Shown here: piece after piece, positions 1 through 11,103 of the stretch | How positions within the stretch are numbered: the first letter of the stretch is position 1 | Layout: each line of letters begins with the position of its first letter | From: Tubulanus polymorphus | Lineage: Eukaryota; Animalia; Nemertea | Length of the DNA stretch: 64,000 nucleotides | Reading direction: 5' to 3' | Assembly: GCF_964204645.1 (NCBI RefSeq) | Contig: NC_134025.1 | Location: 12,338,001 to 12,402,000, forward strand | Made by a program: the position numbers and the translations under genes | Notes under the pieces: generated by a model | Databases searched by the model: none | Told to the model about the DNA's origin: nothing | What the model saw: only the letters and a program-made list of their open reading frames with translations

Positions 1-636
1 AAATTGGGTCGAAGTGGGTCAATAATTTGTTATTTGGCGCCGGAATGTCTACCGTGACCCGCAATTCCATCCGGATAACTAACCAATAATTACGCGTCGA
101 TATGGTGACGTCACAGGCTCCAGTATGTCTGGCCGTGTCGGCAGTTTTTAAGTCGTGCGGGTGTTTGTGCGCTATTCAGAAGAGCCATTGGCATTTCCCA
201 GTAAAATTTCTTTTCTATTTATGATGAATGGCCGACCACCTGCATGATTTTACCTAATACAAAGACCTTTCTGGCCGTTGCTAGGTATCCGATGTGTTTT
301 ATTATTTTGGTGTCCTCGGAATACCCCACAGGTGTGGAGTTGGACATTGAACAAATTCGTGAGACCAGCCATATAGAACCGCATTTTGTATTATAAATGC
401 TGTTTCCTTTTGTTCCCACTGTATTTGCTTTATCAGTCGGTATTTGGAAGTTAAGGTTTAATAGTTGCCCGCTAAAGAAAAGCGGCCCGAACAAGATATA
501 GAATCCCACAATAAACATTATGCACTTTTGAATAGGACAAGTGTTGAAAAAGGGATTAGTTTCTTATGTGAGCGCGAATATTTGACAGATATATGGCCGC
601 AATTCAAAATTAATGTGACATGAGAAACCAGATTTG

Positions 637-641
<5 letters not shown>

Positions 642-681
<40 letters not shown>
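642..681. repeat. (AT)n microsatellite
   Basis: About 20 uninterrupted AT units. Confidence 0.95.
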
Positions 682-684
<3 letters not shown>

Positions 685-2288
685 ATACATATAGTGGTTG
701 CTATATTAGGTTGGTGCGCCTTTCCTGTAAAATCAGATTATTTTTCACCCACTCGATATCCCTGCATTCGCTATATTTCATCAGCAGAATATTTGAAAAT
801 CTACAAATTTACTTATATTTGTCAAACTTCTCAACTTTCGAATCAACTCTGCATTCGGTACGTATCTGAATGTCGATATACATCAATGATGATTTAACTG
901 AATACATTCGTTTAATCGAAATGCTACTACTGTATTGTGAATTATACAAAAGGCAAGTATGTATATAGAAAGTTCGGTAGAGACTGGAATGCGTTGAATG
1001 GCGAAATGTTTTATTCAGATATTTCTCGTAGAATACGGCGACATTATCACATCATCATAGAATCTGATGGATAAATCATTGTTTGGAAAATCGTTATCAA
1101 CTCCGATACTGCCATATGCAGCTGAATTAGATGCGAAGGATCAAAGACTAGGCTTAGAAATATCATTTTATCAAGTGGATTTTATCATCGATCCACATCA
1201 TTATTTTCTAAATAAGTGAAAGTATATGATATATGATAGTTTTAGTTTATATCAGGGGTCAGCTGGTTTTCATAAGTTAATCAAAAGTTGATTTATCCAG
1301 TGGGTAACTGACATCATTGACAATCCAGACTGAATCGTTATCACGGTATTCATCCAATGATAAAGTGTACCTCAGAGTCAGTTCCATCGATGCGAGTGAA
1401 GAATTGAAAATTAACTGATTTTAAACTCTGTGTTAATTCAAAATCACGACTGTGGAACTGGACCCAGGATCTCCCCCAATTTGATTCTAGAGTTAAAAGT
1501 CAGTTCATTTCCAATTATCCAACTGGCGAAACAGGATCACGAGTGGAATTCTACTAGTTACGATAATTCCTTTTCAAATTATCAACACGTGGCGTAAATA
1601 AAATCTTAGATAGATTATTTTTCAATGTGTTCCTTAAAAGTTTCTTTACAAACTATAGGAACTTCGAATGAATAGCTTTATTTTGAAAAATACATGTATT
1701 TCAAAATATGGAAGACAATCTTACATCTTTCGAACAACATCTTTCGAATTTGAAAGAAATACTACTTCATTTATATTGAAAGTATACGTAAGAACACAGT
1801 CATCGGGAAGTGTTGTTTTTTTTTAAATTTCTTGTTTGCAGAATATATGGAAAAATAATTTACAAAACTATTACTGCAAGACATGAGTCAAACAGAAAAT
1901 TAAAACTCATTACAGACAAATGATCAAACGGCTTATTGTGAAATTCAAATAATTTTGCAAGACATACAATAAAATCCAAGAATTAGATATACAGCTCATT
2001 GTTTGGTTCCATAACGTAAGGAATTATTCAGAAGAAGCCGCTGCAGGTCCCGGTTTTTACAGACTGGTGTTAACTTTGGGGCTAACTCGATTCATTTTCG
2101 ATTGAGTTGACTCCCGGGTTAAAGTTAAAGCTAATCTATAAAACCGACCTCAAATTTTATGGAATCTATTCTCTTTCGAATATCGAAACCGAAGAGTAAA
2201 TGAAAAAAATTTCCGAATCACTGCTGTACGTAAGTTCTAAAGTAAACAGATAAATATATGACTATTTTCTGTAATCATTCAGAACTAC

Positions 2289-2790
2289 ATGTTTCTACTA
2301 CGATTTCGCTGCTCTAACCATAAATTACCAGTCGAAATAGGAAGATATAACCGTACCCCCAGGGAAGAGCGAATATGTAATCTATGTAATATAAAAGTCA
2401 TTGGGGATGCAAGTACCACTTTGTTCTAGAATGCCCTTTCCTTCAGAATCTTCGCACCCGGTTCATTAAACCATATTTTAGAATAAGACCAAGTGCCTTC
2501 AAACTGATACATTTATTAAATTCTAAGGGCAAACAGCTCTGTAACCTGTCTCGCTTTATACAGCAAGGATCAAAGTTTCTCTAACTCATATTAAATATGT
2601 ACTGTTCAATGTCCGCCTTAAGCTATTGTTGATTGATAAGTATTCATGTATTTCTTCTCATTTAAACTGTGTTTTTTATGAATTCTGTAAACTGCATGGA
2701 TACGTGTACAATGTATGAACCTGTTTTTTGTGCTCTGTGCAAATGTAAATTTTGTTGAGCAATAAACTAATTGTAATTGTAATTGTTATT
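2289..2790 (+). mobile_element. 5'-truncated LINE 3' end (RTE-X/L1-like ORF2 C-terminal CCHC knuckle plus 3' tail)
   Basis: Manual translation LLRFRCSNHKLPVEIGRYNRTPREERICNLCN..IGD/(frameshift)YHFVLECP...FL* (stop 2582-2584), then AATAAA at 2761 and a (TAATTG)n tail. Confidence 0.75.
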
Positions 2791-5700
2791 ATCTTTGCAT
2801 CAAGATTGTTGATTACTCTTCTGACGCGTCGTCTGTTCAGTGGACCCTTTTCGTTTTGGATTTATGTTACTCAGTCTTATATACAAAACAACACGAATTC
2901 ACATACGCCAGGTTCAAAGGAAGATTCATTGATCATTTCGAATGAAGTGTCGTCGTGAAATTGTCTGTAAATGGGCAGACTCCAAATTCTCGCATTTTTC
3001 TTGTGCGGGTGACAATATCGGAGTCATCACATTCTAAATGATGAATCCCAGTTTGAATTTGCGTGAATTTTTGAGTCCCCGGGAGTTTATGACTGACCAA
3101 CGAAGTAATGAATCGATGATAAACGGCTGCAAGACGAAACTGATGCGAAAATGTCGAATTAATTTTCCTTTATTTCGCGAGCCTGTTGGCAGCTGGTACG
3201 CGTGTATTGACCCGGTATAAAAGAAAATTGAAAAACGTTAATTAGATGGCTGGAGATTCCCGTGCATGAACGATTATTTTCAAACATCATCATAACGGCG
3301 AAAAAATACGAAAGGACCTATCAACGCGTCGTACAGAGTATACAAATCGCCCAGATGAAGGTATCGGTACATATAAAAATAAACAGCACTGCACCAGAAT
3401 TAATGTTTTGCTTATTCTCGGCTGATTCACGACGCGCATGATAGGAAAATAATCAAAAGAATTCAGAATCATCGGATGAAAGATCATGCCCTGTAAACAC
3501 GGGAACGTGCGCCAGCGACCAGCGTAATAAGCGTTTAATAAGACTAAAACGCGCGCATAAATTTACAAAATGTTATCACACGAATCGGTGCGATTTAATC
3601 ACTAACCTCTCTAGAACGAGCAAATATACATTCGAACCCGTGGTTAATCAAGTTAAAACGCCGATAGCACGTTTTTAACGTATTTATTATTTCATATTTT
3701 TTCATTTCTCATCGCAGTTTTTTTTTCTATGGATTTCGCACATAATTCCTTGGCTATGAAATCGAAAGTTTCTTAAATAGAAAGAATATTCGAAAAGTAG
3801 AATTTTGACTAAAATGGAAAAGGTCTTTTTAAATATTGAATAATTTTTGTATGAAAAATACAATCGTGCAATGAATCTAATTTCTTTTACTACGTACTCC
3901 AACAAAGTGAATTGACTCATTTTAATAAAAAAATTCAATTTTGTAATCGCGGCTTTTAAATAAGAGTATTCGCAGTGATGAATTTGAAATAATTTCGCAT
4001 TGGTGGTGCACCTGCATGAATAAACCAGATATATCTCCGCTCTAATTGGTAGACGTCACGCGAATCCTTCAGAATCCGACAGACCCTACCCGGAAACTAT
4101 AGTTTTTTCAAGTATTAGAAAAAGGGTTTCGCATTTGATATTACTCTTTTTTCCGTTCATAAATAATTTACAAATACATCACAGCACTGATAGACTAAAT
4201 TCTGCTGCAAAAATACATCGAGTAATCGAATATTATGAAAAGAAACTCGACCGGTGGTCCTATTGTCGAGGAGGGGATATATCGATAAAATCGGACCGTA
4301 AAGATGCAATGACACACGCGTTATCGCGAAGGGTCTTTTGTATAATCAGATTGAAGCCCGGGCGCGTCATTAAGATTCGGCCGATTGCACCATTGCGATA
4401 GGACAGTTTGCTGTTCATTCTGATGCAACAATGTACACGCTTGGTACGCGCCTAATCTCAATCTTCGAGTCGTATTTTTTCTACGAAACAAAACAAAGAC
4501 TCGCCGCTCTACATAAACATTTGTTAAACGGAAAACGCATCGATATGCTGAGTTCGAGGTTCTGAATTTCAATGTATAACGATGAATAATTTTCGAAATA
4601 ATCTGTATCCGTCAATATTTTCAGCAAATACGATTGCAATTAATATGTTTGTTTTAGGACGCCATGTTAGATTAGGTCCGTGTGCCTTCTAATTGCGCAT
4701 TCGAGGTTATGAAAATAAGAAAGATCACGATAGAATTTAATGTAAAAATATTTGAAGGGGAAGATTTAAAATAACAGTGTTTTTGTTCCTCGGATTTCTG
4801 TTTTATAGCTAATTCAAGAGGCAATTGTTTGGATACTCAAATTTCGCTGATGAAAATTGTCCTTTCTTTTGATAAGATTACTCCCATTCTAACTCCATTT
4901 CAGGATATGCTTGCATTTCGGAATATTCTAGAAGAAGAGAAAAATTGCAATCCACATTTTATTTAACGATAAGGCACTAGAATCTCTGGAGGCCAGAATT
5001 AGCGTAATTAATTAATTAGTTCATTTTAGTCCTACGATTCGGTGAATAACCAACCCAAATTTATCTCGGTTTGCTACGAAAAAAACTTAGCAGACATATA
5101 TAATTGTAAATTATATAATTCAATGGTATAATTAAGTTATACCATTGAATTCTAGTACATATCCAATCCAAAATCAAGTCTGCCCACAACTGCGATGCAG
5201 ACCCCTTAAAATCCCATCCTTTCAATATCGCAGTTATGAGCCTCGTACTAGAAACCCCGCACAGCGATGATGTAAGCAAATGTAACACGGGAACTCGATT
5301 ATATTTCCAGGTAGTTTGAAAAATGCTCATGATTTAAATGTTTTCGAGCTTGAACCAAACCGAATAGAATTTCGTCAGTTGAGTATAAACGTACGTACGA
5401 TTTATGCGCACATCGTTACACGCGAGAATATAAATATATTCATTGAATACATGATTAATTTTTGTGCCACTGTTAAAATATATTGCTTCTTAATTGGTGT
5501 CAGCGTCTTTATTCAGCAATCCATCTTTTCCAGGATGCGCGAAATTGGTGTTATTTTTCAAAAACCGTCCTTTACAGGAAAAACAACACTTCCCCGAATC
5601 GCAACACGGGAAATGCGATCTAAATAAATTATTTAATCCGTACGTATTAAGTAATTACGCTTGTCAAAATTATAGTCGTCCATTAATGCAAATTTAAGCC

Positions 5701-8577
5701 GGTCGTTTGTAAGAATTTTAGTGCACTTTGTGCGTCTGCGATGCGAAGAAAACCGTCTGGCGGGTGAAAGCAATAAATCGTGATTGCGCGCGTCAGGATG
5801 GAACTTTTTCCCTACAAATCCGTTACAATAATACTGCGTCTAAAAGCTGACATCGGAACTTAATTTAACAGTCATCGTAAAAGGTATACCGTTTGGGAAC
5901 ACCGTCGGATATTTTATTATTTTATTGTATTGTATTGTTTTCAGTGTCGACTGCGAGTATTCCAGTGATCGGCTTATACGATGTAAGGATGGCGGAAAGG
6001 ATTTAGCAGCTACCGGAAGGACCCGAGAGCAGCGCGTCATGTTCCCCGGCACGAAATCGTTAATGTTTTACTCCGGGGCGGCGACTGTACCCATGATCTT
6101 CGAAATGTTTTACCGTTTGAACGCAGTGGGGGTCCCCCGATAAAATTTTGAATTTCTAAACGTGTTGTGGCGCGACTTTAAGACGAAAATACGTTTCTGT
6201 CACATCTCAGTCAGAAAAGAAATTTAATGACAAATGAGCAGTACTCAAGTTTTGAAAGGGAGGGGTCGTCCGGGACGCCCCTGGTTGTAGTACCAAAATT
6301 GTCAGGCAAATTGTCTCTACTTCAGTGCGAGGGGCAATATGATATCAAGGATCCTTTTTGTGGACATGGAGCGAGAGCTGAAATAGAGGACATATCTTTC
6401 ACCGGGTGCAGAGGAATGATGTCCTGAGTGAGCACACTCAGCAGTCAACATTGGATCATGTTCTACATTGATGAATAATCAGCAATAATTTATGGCCCTA
6501 TGTGCGAGTCAGTTCTTTTTTTCATTGCAGATTGAATTCTTTTGCTTGAGAATTAGGACAATAGGAAGTATCCCTCATTGGATAGGTAGGAGGGGTTTGC
6601 AGTTGAAAATTAGGTAGAGTTGAAATATGTTTTTTTTGGTGGATATCATTTATGAATGGTCCCTAAAACCGTGTGCCCGGACTCAGAGCAGTTGCCCCCC
6701 AGAAATTTTGGAAAAGTACCCTTTTTGCAAATATTATTGTTCAGTAAAACTAGCCTTACTTGGCCGATTCGGACCTTTGACTAACTTGGACAAAAATTGA
6801 ATCATTTTTGTAACTTGCAACTGTATTTCTTATTTTTTACTGTATATCCTAGAAACTGCCCTTTTCGGGTATTTCTGCCACCAAAATTCAAATGCTAGGT
6901 ATAATTAATCAAGAACTGAATTCAGTTCCCTGCCACTGAATGAAAAAAATAATGAAAAAATATTTTCACACATTCGATTCAGTATTTATTCATTAAATCT
7001 TTAAAATCAATGGATTCTAGATTACACATGTACATGTATTCAAAAAGAAATTCCACATACGACACGATACACGTTTCCACTTACAAAAAAAATTAAAACC
7101 CTCTACATCTTTTTAGTGAAAAGAAATTCTTACACAACACTCTTTAAGCAGCTTAAAATTTACTTAAAGGCAAGGGCACACACAAGCATATTTTTTGCCC
7201 ATACGCAGTGAACCTATAAACCGCCCGATTAGATATTACCAGTTCACTCGAAACTTCACCTATCTACCCATACTCGGCATAATCTGTCGAACCAAATGCT
7301 TCGTTGATATCATGTGATTTGTTAAAATAGCTGCGACAATCGGGATCAGTCGGAATAACTCAATATTGATCACCTTCATGCGCCTGTTGGTAATTGGGTT
7401 TATAAATTTTCACTTTCAGGCAAAAAAAAAACACACGTGTGCCCTTGGCAGAAAATCAAAGTACTGAAATTGTAATCAGATATTTTGACTGTAAATGTAT
7501 AGCATTAGAGCTAGACATGCTTAATGCAGATAAGTTTAGTCTCGATATCAAAGTCATTGTTAAAACCTTTTTTCCACAATTATTTAGATTAAATGTAAGC
7601 AGAATATGAATTTTGATCCAGATGAATCAAGAACTGAATTCATTTTCAATCACTGATCCCAAACAATCCAGATTGAGCAGGTGTTTTTACTGCAGTATGG
7701 TAACAAAAATTTGATCAAGAAGAGCAGTTTGCTGACTGAATTGCTCACTAAAGAGGGAGGAATCCTCTCTAAAACTGTGGTGACTGCAGTTGCTGAGGAT
7801 GCTTTTGAATGCAGGTATTTGAATATGGGCTTTGACCTAGTTCTGTGAAATCTGTTGATTTTCAGATGAACTTTACCAATTAGAAACCGTCATCTTTCAC
7901 TCATGTAAGCGTAAGGCCTATAAATGTACCAGTAATATATATCAAATGTTAAATGAATCAACACTCCTCTCACCGTTTCTAGCCATATGATATAACATAT
8001 GATGGGAAATGTATACTTTTTTTCCAAATAGGGGGAGGGGTCATTCATTAATTACGTGCGCATTAGGGAAGGAGAATGCTTCATGTGTATATGAAAAAAT
8101 GTCTGATTTTGCTTACAGGGTGCAAGGTATACGAAAAATTCAAATTTTATGCCTACATCGTAAATGAATGATCCCTTATGACAAAATTTATCAAATATAT
8201 GGATATTTCTGGCTGACAATAGAAAACGACATTGGCCTAACCCCGACAAGGATCCTGCCTACAGAGAGCATCCTCAGGGTTGGAAAAAGTCCCCGGGATC
8301 CAGTTCCACAATAGTGAGTTCGAGTTAACTCTGAGTGAAAATTAGCTCATGACTTATCTTAATTCAGAACTGCGAAACTGGGTTCTGAATTCTACAGTAT
8401 CATAAAACATTTCCAGAAAGTACATTTCATCAATTTAAAATAAACTCAATTATGGTGTAATGAAAAAATCAAATCGCTTTCCAAGAGTTTTAACAGTTTT
8501 GTGAGAAACTGGAGGCCCAGGATGGTAGAAATGCTAAATGAAGGTAGAATTTACAGTTGTTCGCCACCATCATATTT

Positions 8578-8857
8578 TTAATACGGTCTCATACGCGGCT
8601 TCGGAGGCGGATTCCTGTTCGGGGGTGTGATCGCGATATCGATGTAGTCACCTATCAGAAATCGGCGCGAGGCTAAGGATGCATTGTCATCTGCTGTCCG
8701 CCTGCCGGAGAATACGCGTCCAATGTCTCTCAAACGAAATAACGGTTGACGACTGTCGGCGAACACGATTCCGAAATCGAAACACGTTCCTTTCTTCCGC
8801 GCATCGGGGTTTACTTCCTTCACTAAACTAGCCAACTCTTTCAATGTGGCATCTTTC
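8578..8857 (-). CDS. SAP18: Histone deacetylase complex subunit SAP18, coding exon 3 (last)
   Basis: (W)KDATLKELASLVKEVNPDARKKGT...GDYIDIAITPPNR...RMRPY* matches the SAP18 C-terminus; acceptor TTTGCAG ends at 8858; phase 2 fits exon 2. Confidence 0.95.
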
Positions 8858-9380
8858 CTGCAAATAGAACGCATGAACAACGTGTTAAAATAAATACAAA
8901 TTTCTATGGCTCCATACCAATATACTTATACCGCCAACCCACTTAACTTGGATATTTCTAATCTAGATTTCGACCTAATCTGGATATTACTTAGTGTATT
9001 TATACATAAATGTATGATATATGTCAGTATAATGTTTAATTCAGATTTAACTGGATTAATTAGATTGGTCCAAAGTGATGTAGATTAAGAAGGTTCAATC
9101 ATATACTGTAAATAGCTGCGATCACACGAGCATTTTTGGCCCGGAACAACTGTTCACACAGGTGCCAAATGGGCCTGAGCCTGTTTGGCCCGACCAAAAA
9201 TTACAATTTTTGGAACTAAAATTTGTATTTCCGAGTAGTACTTTTGGATTGATCGCCAATGGTTTTTCTATACGACCCGGCCCTGCGGTATTGCATTTAG
9301 CCACCGGCGAAATCCGCCATCTTTTTACGTCATAGCAGACCAAAAAAAACAGCTATGCGGGGCAGGTGGGCGGGATTCCC

Positions 9381-9478
9381 ACCATAGGAAAGGGTGAGTA
9401 CTACTCGGAAATACAAATTTTAGTTCCAAAAATTGTAATATTTCCGTCGAGTACTGTACCCTTTCCTATGGTTTTTGC
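9381..9478 (+). other. DIRS internal complementary region (ICR), copy 1
   Basis: ...CCAAAAATTGTAA|TATTTCCGTCGAGTACTGTACCC... is the complement of the element's two outer ends joined head to tail. Confidence 0.9.
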
Positions 9479-9551
9479 TAGACTAGCCCAGCACAAGGAT
9501 GGTGGGAAAGGTAGATAGAAAAACCACCGCTCAAACACAAGGTAAGAGGGA

Positions 9552-10845
9552 ACAAGAGCCCCAAGGGGCACAATGGCCAGCCTGTCAGATTTGCTTTTTA
9601 TAAATGATGTAATCTGTGGGTTATATTTATCAATATACACTCCCTGCTCAATATCATTTACATAGTAAAATCGTGTGTTAACACAGACAGCAGGAACGAA
9701 TGTAATATAGAAATACTAAGTTATTGTATTGTTCAACGCCCCTGGTGGCCATATACAAAAACCAATGAGCTTGAAACTCACCAAGATCATAGATCATGTC
9801 ATGAGCTACAACTTTCCAATTGATTGTGGTAGCAAAATATGCATAGGTACGAATGTAATATAGAAATACTAAGTTATTGTATTGTTCAACGCCCCCTGGT
9901 GGCCATAAACAAAAACCAATGAGCTTGAAACTCATCTCGATCATAGAACATGTCATGAGCTACAACTTTCCAATTGATTATAGTAGCAAAATATGCTTAA
10001 GTATCAATTATGATGTGGAAAAACTTTTTTTCCACCTATGAATGAGTACTGATGACCCCAAGATGGCCGCCAAGTGCGTCATAATTGCCTGGTCAAAAAT
10101 ACCCTCTCGGATATAAAAGATCCCTTTCCAAGGAATACCCATTACAAATTGCAATGAAACATGGCACACCATTAGAAAGCTACAGTACTCAGAATTCAGG
10201 CCAAAATTGACATTTTTGGGAACAAAAAAGGTTACAGTACGGCCATCTTGAGTCCGATCGACCCAATTTTTCTCATGCCGATGGGCCCTCGGGGGATACA
10301 AATATATACGAATGATCAAGGTTATTGATAAAAGTGTCTTCAAAATTTCCCTCGAAAACTTCAAAAATGTGTAAAAAGTGCTGATTTTGGCGAACAACAA
10401 TGGCTACCAGTCGGCCATCTTGAATCTGACAGGGCCAGTTTTTGGCCTGAAGATGTGTCTAGGGTAGATACACGTATAAACCAAATATCAAGACATTACC
10501 TTGAAGCGTCTTCAAAACTTTGGAACTCTCACGAACTATCTAGATGGTTATCTCTCGACCTAAATAGCTTCAAGACCCATCTCAAAACAACTTTGTTTCA
10601 TGCAGCATACCATTAACTCTCGGAAAGCGAATTGTATTTAACATTTTTTTGGCAGAATAAAATTTGATTGAATTTGCAATTCAGGCACATGGCTAATTAG
10701 CATATCAAGGTCATACACCCGATTTGGTAAAACCTTTTTTTTCACGAACCTTGCACAATTGTCAAGGATGAATTTTCTGTAGAGCAAATAAAAATTCCTC
10801 CCAAACACCAAATCAACTAAAGCCTAAAAGCCTACGGCTGGCCTA
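9552..10845 (+). mobile_element. Non-autonomous Helentron-like (HINE) element inserted in the DIRS 3' UTR
   Basis: Absent from DIRS copies 2 and 3 (GAGGG AAAAA GAGAGC). Inserted in an A-run without TSD. Terminal hairpin GCCCC-AA-GGGGC, subterminal inverted GGCCAGCC/GGCTGGCC, two ~153-bp internal tandem units (from 9696 and 9849). Confidence 0.8.
10521..10677 (+). mobile_element. Short CR1/L2-like LINE 3' remnant inside the HINE
   Basis: WNS...LNSFKTHLKTTLFHAAYH* (stop 10614-10616) resembles an L2/CR1 ORF2 C-terminus; followed by AATAAA and a short repeat tail. Confidence 0.5.
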
Positions 10846-11103
10846 AAAAGAGAGCACTTACCCAAGCACGGAATGGAGCACTGTAGCACAGGGAAGACCG
10901 GTTGGCCACAGTGAGTCCGTCCAGCTCAGGGGCCCCCCAGAATTTTGCGAAATTAATACTTGCAGATATGAGCCCAAACTATGTACAAGGATACACCCCC
11001 TGTGATCCTGATAATGTAACATAAATATTCTACACGAAAGGGTCCGATCGGAAAGAACGGACACCTTGAGCCATGACAACAGGACCAAGTGAAGCTAATG
11101 AGC

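Noticed and set aside
219-6430. Short ORFs in the first 6.5 kb, including a possible plus-strand acceptor at ~5944
   Set aside because: No recognisable motifs and no consistent exon chain could be built.
8858-8880. N-terminal MFMRSICR of ORF 8578-8880 as an intronless SAP18 or retrocopy
   Set aside because: It is intron sequence upstream of the acceptor; real exons 1 and 2 were found at 29886-29954 and 17943-18049.
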